The position numbers and the translations under genes are program-made. This document shows, piece after piece, positions 13,230 to 24,675 of a DNA stretch of 64,000 nt. Below the pieces are notes generated by a model. It saw nothing but the letters and a program-made list of their open reading frames with translations. It searched no databases and was not told where the DNA came from. The first letter of the stretch is position 1. Each line of letters starts with the position of its first letter. Origin of the DNA: Ptychomitrium polyphyllum (taxonomy: Eukaryota); assembly GCA_973851085.1 (NCBI GenBank), contig OZ316776.1, positions 14,880,001-14,944,000 on the forward strand, given 5' to 3'.

Positions 13230-14807
13230 ATGTCGAGGATGTCCATCGCGTATCAGTGCTGGGAGATGGGGGTTGGACCGACTGTTGGTTACAAGATGGC
13301 GCATGGTCAGAATCACCCCGTTGTCGGACCCCAGAACGTGGGCGACGGGTCGACATTACGGTGTCACTCCAACCCATCGCACGAGACTTCTTTCTCGAAT
13401 TTCCAGATGCTCGTGCAACCTCAGAGCGATCTGAAAGGCCAGTCCTTATCTACCGACCTTAGGTTATCTTCGTCCCCAGTGTCAGCTGCGGCCTCTCCTA
13501 ATGCTCTGACCTTGGTTTCGGAGGCTTGTGCCGATGCTTCACCTCAACAGCCAGCTGCTTCGGGGTCGAATATGACAACCAGTTCTGTGACCACCGAAGC
13601 CGATGGGAAGGTGAGCCGGAGCGGTTCTAATGGCTCCATGACGGTCGGTGGTGCATGGGAGGCGCAGAGCAGGAGGTCAGAAGGTGTCCCCAGCGGCATA
13701 GGTGGGGAAAGTTTGTCGAAGTTCCCGGGTTCGTTTCTTGGAGACCGAGGGTTGAGAGTGAAGGTGTCGAGCTCCAAACCCGGTGTGGTGGAATACATTG
13801 CCCCAGTGAACGGGGTATCCCCGTATGGAGGATATGTGTATGGATCGCCGAATAAGAACGGTGTGGGCGAGCATTCTTCAGAGTCTTCTTCTTCGATCTG
13901 TCAGGCAAGCGAAGACAGCGGATCATGCTCTTCGGATACTGGGGGCGAGGAGGCGCAGTCTGCATATCGTGGGCCTTTGACGAAGGGCGGTTTGTCTGCC
14001 TTGGACGAGTCTCTGCCTATCAAGTAAGCATGGAAACGATGTGCTCACTTCATTGAATCTCCATGTAGGTCACTATAGTGTTGTAGGTGGAATGAGGTTC
14101 TGTTTTTCTTCTTAGTATGCGTATCTGGTTGTGAAGGATCAGATACATGGTTTGGATGATCTCAGTTAGTATAAGAGGTTTTCTTACATGCCGTTACGTC
14201 TTCAGAGCAACGGAGTCATATTGCGTAGTTCTCTGAAACATGTGCGACAAGGATTTGACGGAGTTGAGCGATGTGGGGATAGTTATGTGACTGTTAGGAT
14301 GTCTATCCCTTCGCCTGTATGATGCTTATGACATTTCGATTTGATTGACACATGAGTCGAGGTAATGATCATTAATGAAGTTGCTTTTCCTATCGCTGCA
14401 GGAGACCTGGTCTATCAAACTTCTTTGGTGGCAAGTCCCGTTCGTTCTCTTCACTGGCCGAGGTGTCGAGCGTAACGGAGTTAGCGAAACCCAACAACCC
14501 TTATGCTAAGCGGCGGAAGACGGGTTTCAACTGTCCGTTGGGGGACAAGAATAGGTTACACTTGCCTCCAAGTCGAGCTTCAGGATCGAGCATTGCGAAG
14601 AAACTACCGAGCAGTGGTAGCAGGAATACATTAGCAGTGGCCATTATGCTGGGAGGACTGAAGGATGAGCACCAGGAGCAGTCGGCTGCTGTACCTAGTT
14701 CCCTGCGAAGCTTCGAAAATAGGATATTTGCATCCCGGTCATTTTCTTTGACCGATCTAGTACACGCAGGGAGTCCACCACTTAGACGAGCATTTGAAAG
14801 GCCTTGA
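13230..14807 (+). CDS. OXS3: OXIDATIVE STRESS 3 (OXS3)-family protein, 2 coding exons (13230 or 13239..14023, 14402..14807), ~396-399 aa
   Basis: Splicing GT at 14024 (AA|gtaag) to AG at 14400-14401 (ctgcag|G) joins the two ORFs into ...GPLTKGGLSALDESLPIKRPGLSNFFGGKSRSFSSLAEV...LAKPNNPYAKRRK. This is the LPIKR-GLS-F-GKS-SF-SL signature of the OXS3 family. The protein also has a Ser-rich middle and a C-terminal RSFSLTDL. First in-frame ATGs are at 13230 and 13239 (MSIA); the track start at 13191 is a TTG. Family-level call, orthology not established. Confidence 0.88.
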
Positions 14808-15644
14808 TAATGACGTCGAAAAAAGTGATTATTTAAACTTTGATTGTATACAAGGGATTCGAGATTGCTACCTTGTGCCACTTATAAGATCGGTCAGGGC
14901 TCACTCTCCCAAGCTCTGGGCCGGGAGGATTGTTTCTTGCTTGTATTCGAAGAGGACGCCATGCAGGCCGTAATTTCTACGACTGTGGCGTGTTGCATAT
15001 GTTAAAGTCAACGTGCAAGTGTTTGATGCGGGACACTCCATCGGTACAGTATTAGGGAGATGATTTTTACATATCGTCAGGGAGATTGGCATGTGTGGAC
15101 GACCTGGCAAGCTGCCTGAGGCTGGCGCTTAGAGTTGGAGGTCAGATGGTTTTGTGAGGCATTCTGGATGTGATGGTCGGTTGTAGAGTGGTCTGCCCTA
15201 CCCCCCACCCTCCCCCAACCCCCCTCCGTGGCCATGGATATGTCTTGGTTCGTAAGGATTTGCCAAGCAGTATATGAGGCAGATGATGGTTTGGTGGGAT
15301 ATGCATCCGTGGCGTGGGGAAAGTGGACTTGGATTTGGGTTGAGTGTGGCAGGTGTGTTGGAGTGGTTTGGAATTTGAGTTGGCCTTGGTTGCCCTCACC
15401 TCTATCTCCACCTGCAAGGTCTGGGGATGCATGTTAGGGGTTTTTTAATGAAACAGAAGCCAAGGAGGCGGTAGATGAAGTTTCTGAGGCGGGGCATTTT
15501 AGGAACCCATGTGCACTTACAAGGGAATTAGCTGTGGGAGCCCAAGTATATAAAACGTTGTTAGACATTGAGTTTGTGTGGAATACAAAACGAGATCTGC
15601 CGGGGATGGCATTTGATGAAGGAAGCGGAGACGTCCAATGTTTA

Positions 15645-15807
15645 GGAGATGCTCAATGTTGCTGAAGAGCGGCTTTGGGTCGTATCTTAATCTTTTGCCG
15701 AGCCTTGTAACATAGATTGACATTTTTGTGTGGATGATCGTTGTAATGAAATGAAAGCAAGATTTTCCTCGTCTATTGTGTCTGACTTGTGTCAATGCTC
15801 AAGTTGT
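15645..15807 (+). terminator. Probable polyadenylation region of the OXS3-like gene (TTGTAA upstream elements, AATGAA near-upstream element)
   Basis: About 840-1000 bp after the stop: TTGTAA at 15705-15710 and 15741-15746, AATGAA at 15745-15750 and 15750-15755 (AATAAA in the other copy), followed by T-rich sequence. Confidence 0.45.
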
Positions 15808-18439
15808 TTTTAATGTTTGATTGAGTCGATGATGTTTCTTACCTTGCAACAATGATTATATGTACGATTTCCTTGTTTCGATCTTGCTTGTGTTTTCAGA
15901 AAGTTGAGAGCTTCTATTGTTGCTATCTGGAATTAGGCTATTCCTGTCTCTGTAGCTTTTGGGCATTGCTGGATTTTTCTGTGCTGTGTTTGAGGTATGG
16001 ACCCTTGATGTAAATGCGGTCATCTTTTTTCTTTACGTCAGGCAGAACACATTCGGTGAACATTGTTCACACCTGAGATTGTCGTTTTTTGAAGTCGAAC
16101 GCATTATCCTTGAAACTGAAATGGCTGTGGGTAGTTCTTTGATCTCGCTTCAAAAAATACGTTGTTGAACTGAGTGGATTTACACTAAAAACTGCTTATC
16201 TTGTGCATTTGCCTATTTCAGAGAACAGCCAGTATTCTTGATATAGCTTTTTTGTTGTTTCACATTTTTGGGATGCATGCATCTGCCATTCAAGTTTTTC
16301 AAATGTGAAGTGCTTGAATGCGAAGGCCACAAGCGATTGCAGACGTTTGAAGGCGTCATAAGAATAGGAGAGTATTCTGATTTAAGCTCCTAGTGCAAAT
16401 ATTGAAGTCTTTAACTTATGCTCGTTGCTTTGTTGCAGTGGATCTTATTAAGCTCCATTTGTGGGGTGTTCAGAGGAGTCCAAGAATGCTTGCTCAGTAT
16501 GTTTTGGCCGAACCAGAGTTTCGAAACCAAGCGAAGTAGATCCAAGCCTTGAATCCACTTGAAGAGCAGACTCTGGATTCCACTCATGTTGGCTGCCAGC
16601 ATTAACATTATGGCTCTGTGTTATTACTACTTGGAGAAGCTGGAGTTGAACAGCTGCTTGTAAGAGCCTACTGCATTCCCACCACTGGTTGTACTCCTCT
16701 ATCATACCCTATACAACCAAAACGAGCGATTTTACGGCGTACTTAACCTTAGATGCTTTCTCACACTTTGATTAAATGAAGGTGTTCATTGTATTGGCAG
16801 TTACATCAGAATACTACTCTACTATATTTCTGGCGCCTTCAATTTTGTCCATCATATGCAAGAAACAAACGTGTGCATCAGTGGACCGTTTGTACACACG
16901 GAATTGAAACGACCATGAAGATTAGTTCTATTACTAATGTTAAACTTCGAGAGATTCCTGTTATAGGGCCTCAGATTCGCCGACTGTACCTGGAAATATT
17001 AGTTAAGTGACAACAAACATTGACTTCATTTCAAAGAACTCTTTTCAAAAAGAGAGAGCATAGCCATCCTCATGGCAACACAAGCACCCATACTCACAGT
17101 TTGAGATGATTTGACAAATGATCTTATCTATTTTCCGATTTCTCCCCTAGGTAGAATCCGGGTATCGTCAAAGTGCTACTAGAGTATCATCTAAGTGTCA
17201 ATCGGAAGGTGGATGTTAAGAACGCCCCTGGACACCTTATCTGCAGAGCTAGCTTCGAGTTAAAAAACCATTTGATTTTTGCTCCGCTTCTATGCACATA
17301 GTCCCATCATGTCCAAGTAAACTAAAATTAGGCAATTGAGGTAGTGGGAGCTGCGGGAAGCTGTACCGGGCTGTTTCATTGTTAACAATTCACCATCTCG
17401 TGAGAGTTCTGAGAAGACTGTAACGGCGATGGTAAATGTGAACCTTGTTCTAGTTTGGTGGCAGCGATGAAGATCAAACTGGTTTCCATCATTGAGATGT
17501 ATCCCTACAGTTCTCAAACACAATTGTGTTCTAGATGCATCTCATGTGGTACACGTCTTGACTGTAAGACTGCAAATGAACATAAAATTTGCATTGCATT
17601 GCCAACAAATTTCTTGTGCTATAGGATTTTTAGATCTTCTTTTCAGAGACAATACTTCGAATCACATTTAGTGTCTATAGCCTGGTTTCAACCATTTAAT
17701 TCCAGAATTTGATCTACCATCACCAATGACCAATAAAAGGTTATAACAGAGGTTGTTGTCTCCAAGTTAAAAAATTTGCTCAGTGCCAATACTTCTAGCA
17801 AGCAGCTTAATTTACTGGAAATCCTGTCACATGAAGGTTTACTCTTCCATAAAACTTGAATGCTGTCGGGTTAAAGTGTAGGTTGGGATTCCACAAAGCA
17901 ACGAAGAGACGCTACACTAATTCTTGAGCCTGCAACTTACACATCATGTCTCATTGCATACGGAAGCCGTATATTTCCCTATATTAAGCAGGTGGTCTCT
18001 CAGTAAACCTTAGCACTGCTGCCACGTGTCCAGGCAAGATCAGGAAATCGATTTCACACAAATCTCAAACGTACTACCATCATCCTATTTCTTAATCAGG
18101 ATGCCAACATTCAACGTCTTCACCCTGATCGTCTTATGATCAATGCTCATGGTCAGGAATGGTACACAGGTACCGCAGTGCACATTGAAAAATATAAAAA
18201 GGCCAAACTTACGTGGTGAATCTATAAAAGGAACAATGACGACATCGGTACGTTTCATGACAACATCTAAGATTATCACTCGCCCAAAGAATCTCTGCAA
18301 TATACTTTTCCTATGCAACTATAAAGCAATCCGACTACGCTGCAATTTCTCATCGTATCCTCAGACCACACAAAAGTGCTCATCAGCTGCAGAAACTAGT
18401 TTCAACTGGTTGGTTGGTTGATTTACTGCGCCAGCAGCC

Positions 18440-19350
18440 ATGGCATCCTGAGCGGAGCGGTTCTGCGATTGTGCAGCGACCCTGGTGCTGCTCATGGGCG
18501 CTGCATTGGCTTTGTTCTACCTCAGGCCCACCACCTTCGCCGTGGTCAACAACAACAACCTTAACAAGCCCATCACCTTCCAGGACGCCGCGCAGCCCTC
18601 CTTCGCTCTGGGTTTCTTAGCATCATCACCTAGTCAAGCTTGTCCTTCGCACCAGGCGCCAAATTTATATTGCGCACCGTCATTTGTCCCAACGACGTCG
18701 GCTACCGGTGGATCCCCATGTGGCACGCCAACCGCTACAGACCTGTGGGCCAGAACGCCAAGCTCACCATCGAAGGCATTGGCAACGTGGTGCTTCGCGA
18801 CGCTGACGGCACTTTGGTGTGGTCCACTAGCACCTCCTTCGCCGACCTAGCAAGATAACACTCAATCCCAACATCCTCGCTCACATGAACGCCTACATGC
18901 ATGTTCGAATCTTGAAGACGAATCCTGTCCTAATTTGCGTTGTTTGTAGATTGGAGTGGACATGACCTCGACCGGAAACATGCGCTTCCTCGATAAGGTG
19001 AACGGGTGGCGAAGTGGGAGAGTTTTGCATAGACGGGCGACACATTGTTGCCTAGTCATCTGCTAGTACCTGAAAAATCTTCACCTCATCCAAGAGTAGC
19101 TCCGACTCGTCCGCCAGTTACTTCACATTCCTACTGGTAGCAATCCAATACGCCCACCAACCAGACGTTGTACGCCACCCAGCACACACGCCAGTACTTC
19201 CTCAACGCGCTCTTCACTGTGGAGAATGGATGGGCGATTGCTGACGTCGGCCTCGCTACATGCTGTATGGACGTGAGCATTTGCGCGCAACCAGAGGTGG
19301 AGGGCAATGCGGTCGTGATATTTCCCACTGTTGGTGAATCCGTGTGTTAG
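18440..19350 (+). pseudogene. Bulb-type (G-type/B-lectin) mannose-binding lectin, EP1-like secreted glycoprotein pseudogene
   Basis: Fragments in shifting frames: signal-peptide-like LLMGAALALFYL, then SFALGF, then MWHANRYRPVGQNAKLTIEGIGNVVLRDADGTLVWSTST. After an acceptor at 18948-18949 come IGVDMTSTGNMRFLD and WESFA*TGDTLLPS, matching the WQSFDxPTDTLLP motif. Lesions: TGA at codon 4 after ATG 18440, frameshifts near 18640 and 19010, and TAG at 19030-19032. Confidence 0.8.
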
Positions 19351-21679
19351 CCATTACAAGTTCTTCGCAAGTGCAGATTGTGTGTTATCAGTCACATGTT
19401 TGGGGCCAGTTAATGCATCACCTGATTCAGATTGATTTGTCTTGAATCCGGAGTTTTTTCTAGTGCATTTGCGTAGTGTACTACACAAGTGTACGTACAA
19501 TGGCATATGTTTAACAAAGTTTCATCATCAACAGTGGTTCGATGTTCTTTATCTGAGTTACACTCTGTTCTTGAACAAAAGTTGAACTCGAATCCTCGAT
19601 GGAATTTCATGATCTTTTCTTTTAATTTATGGTAAATAGAGGATCGGACTCAGCTTTCATTACACAGGATAAAGTACAGCCTGCAGATAGCGTAGCAAAG
19701 TTACTGCGAGGCGTTGACTCTGATGTCTGGTGGTAAACTATATCATGGCGAAGACTGATTCGCAGCAGTCTTAGTCCTCGGTCTAGTTTCGAAGTATGAA
19801 TTGAGTCATATCAGTCAAGGGGTGCGGTCAGTACTAGATAATAATAGTACACTAGAACTAGGCACATCCCAAGTCAACTGAGTTCTTCGGCATCGAAATC
19901 CATCCTTTAAACCTCTCGTTGAAGTTGAATGCTTCCCTCTGGAATAAGTCATCGGACGCTGCAACTGGCCATGAATAAAACATCTGTATTTTGAAATAGT
20001 TTAATGGGTAAACGATGTCTGAAGCGCGCTTATTATTTGTCGTCATTTCCCCTATGCCAGCCTAACTTTCTTCTGTCACCGTTCCAAATTCCAATTAGGA
20101 ATTGTCTGCATCGAAGCCATTGACTTTGTATCAACAAATCTTTCAATCTGCCATTCGCCTCTTCTATTTCCTTGAATAGGAATCCATTGAAGTTATTTGT
20201 TGTTCTCTTACAAAACATAACATTTTTTAACATTTTTTAACATTGGTTAGATAGATGATCTGCACCACTGCGCCACTTCTATGTAGACTATGTTTAACAA
20301 AGTTTAGCACTTCTTTTCTGTTTCTGAACTACTGTTCTATTTCTGTTTATCATTGTTGAACATGGTGCTAGGACATTGAGCTAAAGAATGTAATGAAACA
20401 GGCGGACGCAAGAAAAGGTCAATATTTAAAATTTTAATGGACTTATTACATTTCATTTGTTTAAACGAAAAACAGATAATATACACACAGTAGCTACTTT
20501 GCATGGGTACATGACACACATTATGGGCTAAACATAGCATGTCTATAGTTCACTTGCATAACCTCGCTCTCAGGTGGCAGATGCACCGTTATCTTCAGTT
20601 CTCGTTGTCAAGCACGCGTTTTGAAGTCATTTATACTGGCATGGCAGGAGATGTTAAGCCCAACCTTGTGGACAAAGTGGCTGATTGAATTTTGCTAACT
20701 TTATTTCAGTTCATACAAAACAAACAGAACCAATTTGACTAAACCTTCAATTTCAAAAATTATTCAATAAACATGAGTGAGCAAAATTCAAATTGTAGTA
20801 CATAATGTACTATATAATCTAAAGTAGTTTGAAATGAAGTTAGATTGTGCTTTGAAAGATATCAAATCACATCAAATACTTAATTTTGTTTTAAATGGTT
20901 TGGAGATTCTTCCAAATATGTAAGATTTGAATGAAGTCAAAATTCTTGTATATTGTCTTTGTGATAATGTTAAACATCATTTTAACATGCATGTGTCTTT
21001 TGTTAATGGAAATCAACCTTTGCATACAAATGAATACAAATTTTCAAGTAGTATTCATTTGAATAAATTAATAAATAAATTTTATTGAAGTAGTATTCAA
21101 TAATCCTTCATGGAATCAATGGGATGAGAATATAGTGGTCATCACAAACAACCTACATTTATTACTATAACCTATTTTGTGCATCTATTTTACCTTCTTA
21201 TTACAATGCTATGATACCTTTCTACTATTATTTTGCAATACAAATTCACCTTCTTGCACTGGAATGCCACAATGTTATTTTTTTCCATCTTCACTACATC
21301 AAAATGGTAATGTATGCAAAGTTAATATCTACCGCATCAGTTTCACTCATTTATACTTATATGAATCATTTGCATAAAAAATATAGCGCTCTGTTTCATC
21401 CATTTTCTAAACTTCATACTTTCTTTTTAACCTGCAATTTTTGCACCATCCAGGCTACTCCTTATTAAGTTCATATGTCACATCCAGTAGCCATCATCCA
21501 ACTTCAGAGCACGAAAGAACTTAGGAATGTCTGATTCGAGGTGATGAGCATGGCCACGATGTTGTACCCAGGCCGGCCAGCGGGGCAAATAGACAAACGT
21601 ACCCTCATCCAAGGGAACTCGATCAGAAAGAATGATGGAAAGCCGAGATTCGGAACCGTATCATGTTGCAGAAATGGGA

Positions 21680-21830
21680 ACATGCATGGGCGTGCATGGG
21701 CCTGCATGCATGCAGGCGGGGGAGGCAACGTGGATGCAACGCTGCAAGCCTGCACCTGGGCAGGAGTGGCGGTGAGGTAGCGCAGCTGATGCCCCAGGAC
21801 TCCAGGCGGCCACGGCCATCACGCGGGACG
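21680..21830 (+). promoter_or_regulatory. RY/Sph + ABRE cluster upstream of the ENOD93-like locus
   Basis: CATGCATG at 21681-21688, perfect palindrome CCTGCATGCATGCAGG at 21701-21716, ACGTGG at 21728-21733 and CACGCGG at 21820-21826, all within a GC-rich island. Confidence 0.5.
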
Positions 21831-22581
21831 ACACCGACGCCTTTCTCGCACCAGCCCTTGTAGATTGCTCGCTCCATTTTCTCCACTTGGGAGCTCGGTC
21901 TCTGCTCCTGCACTTAGCTGAGTTTGGTAAAAGAGCAGCTCAGGAGCGTCGTGGAGGGTGGAGGATTCTTCCTCAGCTGCAGCAGCCTCTGGAGGTTTTC
22001 TCTCCATGATTTCGCCCGAGAATGTGTTTGGTGGTAGTTGGATATTGTGGAGTGGCTTGGTGAGTTTCTGCGGTTTTCTGCAATGTGAGGAGAGTGGAGG
22101 ATTGTTTTCCAGCTGGAAAGTCTCTCAAGGTTTAGTTTTCATGATTTCGCCAGAAAGGTTTGTCTATTGATGGTTTGGTGGTGTCGGGGGGTTAGATTAC
22201 GAATCGGGTTGATGAGTTTCTGCAGCTTTATGCGTTGTGTGGAGCATTTCGTTGGTCATGAAGATGGTGAGCGTCTGGAGGCTGTTTGGAAGTGTTGACG
22301 GGGGCCTATGTTGAGGCGTTGTTCAAGTTTACTAGCTCAGTGGGACGGTGATATTAGTGTTGTGGATTTAGATGTGGACGTGGGTGTTAACATGGCGAGA
22401 GTTTGCAGCTCTGTGTTGACTTGCTTTTGCATGTTTGGTATGTCTCGATTAGGATCAACGAATCGATATGAATTGAAAACTGGAATTGCACGGTTTTGTT
22501 AGAATCTTTTGGGCTAGTCTGAGTTTGTTGCAATTGGATGTATGCTTGTTGCTGAGGTTGAGATTGGATGATTATATGAAG

Positions 22582-23182
22582 ATGGCGGCCTAGCTATGAG
22601 GATCTTGCTTTGCAGCAGCGAAAGCTCACTAAACCATCCTTCACGATTCCGTCTCCCGTTGAAGATAAGGAAATCAAGCTCAGCCTTGCTGAAGAAAAGG
22701 CTGCAAGGGCGAAGCAGTGTATCAATGGTAGGTTGCAGTGTTCTTAAAATTGTTTGAAAATTAGCATCTAAAATGCAAGCGCGTTTTCCCGGTCTTGCAA
22801 ATGGACGAATGTTACATGTATGCCCACTAGGCTCACTCTTATTATTGAGCTACTACAAGGGATTGTGCCTATGAAGTATGGCGATTTTCGTAACCTACTT
22901 GACCATATTGCTGAGGTTTTGTAGAGAGTTTTAAGGCTGGTTTGAAGGCGGCCTTCTGGGCATGTGGTTTCAGTGCCATTTCAACTGTAAGCTCACACTT
23001 TGAACTTGCCTGTCACCATTGCAATCTTTAGTATTTAATCAATTCATAACGGAGGGACCTATGTTGGAATCAGACTGATATTTGTATCCATTATGTGGAT
23101 AATCAGCTGGCTGCTCTTCGGTTTGTTCCATGTGCTAAAGCGAATATCAGTTATACTGGACAAGCCGTTATTGTCTCTTCAG
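22582..23182 (+). pseudogene. ENOD93: EARLY NODULIN 93 (ENOD93)-like gene, apparently frameshifted and lacking its last exon
   Basis: Three GT-AG-linked exons (~22582-22727, 22925-22986, 23107-23182) read PSYEDLALQQRK...LAEEKAARAKQCINESFKAGLKAAFWACGFSAISTLAALRFVPCAKANISYTGQAVIVSS. This matches the ENOD93 core (AKRCxxEGxxAGxKAA...LAxxRxxPWAxANLNxTxQALIxS). ATG 22582 is one base out of frame (ATG GCG GCC TAG) and the conserved PW reads PC. No clear terminal YFIVADK exon was found. Confidence 0.75.
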
Positions 23183-24675
23183 GTACATGATTCGTCTTCT
23201 TTGCTTGAAATTTAATTTTCCCGATCGCGATATATGTAATCCGGACTTTGGGTACAAACAACATTATCAGGTTCTTCCATTGCTATATGTAATTAAGATA
23301 CAAAATGTTTGTATTTAAGATGGTGAGAAAAGAAAGAAGTAAAAATTCGGGTCTAATTGATGACTTGCTTCGTCGTGACAGAGCATACTAGGTTGATAAG
23401 GTATATCCTTAGCTTAGGAAAGTTGTCAATTCTATGGTTTAAAGGTATCTAGTCTAGCATCGACGTTTTTTCGCTCAAAGCAAACCTTACGGTTCAAATG
23501 CAAAAAATGGCAGTTCTCAGCACCTAGATGATTGCTGTTCTGAATCCTGGAACCTTGAATGGAAGCAACCAGTTTTTGTCCTCAGTTTTATCTGACATAA
23601 GTTAGTATCATTTGGTTCAAGTTCTTCATGTACTTTAAAAGACCTCGTCCTCATGATGGTCCAAATTTCGCATTGGCACCTCATAACTTCATCCTGAAAT
23701 TGGTGTAAGTTATACACAATGTCACTGCTGATTACAGACATTGTAGATAGAGTACAGGAAGGTTGGAATGAGCTCAAATTTTGATGTCCTGAGCGGTGGT
23801 AGACGATGAATATTGCTTCAGCATGGTCCTTCAAACAGCTTACTTAAGTACGCCATCTGATTATTTTGCCAAAAGTTAGTTCCATTCAAAACCATGCTCG
23901 AGATCTTAGCTGCCAGAGACTGTTTTATCAACTGTGGAATAAATTAGCTTGTCGCCGTGTCCTGCTGATTCGTTCATTTGTGAAATATTATGAAAGCCAT
24001 GTGGCAGACAAAGTTTTCAATCATCCGGAGTCAGGTAATTGGTAAAATACCGCTTGTTGTGCTTGGTTGGAATGCGCTCTCGGTGTCGGACGTGAAATTA
24101 CGGTGATGAGCGGGAGCAGTTTCGAGGGCGGTCTGACGGCTTGTGAGGGAGGTATGAGAAGGGGCTGTACATGGTTGGGAGCTGCCGCGAATGCAGCAGG
24201 ACCATCATGTTGCTATTGAGGACAGGACGGAGTCGTCCCCCTCTTCCTGAGCCAAACTCCAACGCGTCTTGAAAAAGTCGATCAATGGCCAACTTAAGAT
24301 CCTTTTTGAAGGACTCCGGAGGAGACTCGGGAGCTTGAGGTGGGTAAGGGTGGAAGCATAAATTGAGTCGACCGAGGCCAGATGTTCAGGTACGGAGGGA
24401 TCAATAGTTGGCGGATACATGTATTAAGTATTCTTGTATGGAGGTATGTGGTAGAGATTGCCACTTGAGGGCTGCAAGCAAGAATTATACCACAAGAGCA
24501 TTACTCTTACTCAGGAATTCCCTTACTCAGAAATTCACACTAATTATTGGGCCGTCGATGCAGTACCTTCATCTACCCGTTGAAAAAAAAAACTGTGCCC
24601 CCATCACAGGAAGTATGCGCTCAGATCTTCCACACTCGTGTGAAGCTTGCACTGATCTGACCTCAGTCGCTCTCA

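Noticed and set aside
14269..14281. snRNA USE-like motif (ATCCCCACATCG, minus strand) in the OXS3-like intron
   Set aside because: One extra C versus RTCCCACATCG and no TATA box at the required distance.
19970..19985. 16-nt match CATGAATAAAACATCT shared with 38031-38046
   Set aside because: AT-rich and does not extend; compatible with chance.
24001..24015. VADK as the missing last ENOD93 exon
   Set aside because: Only four residues match, the flanks (YYESH / VFNHP) do not fit, and there is no well-placed acceptor.
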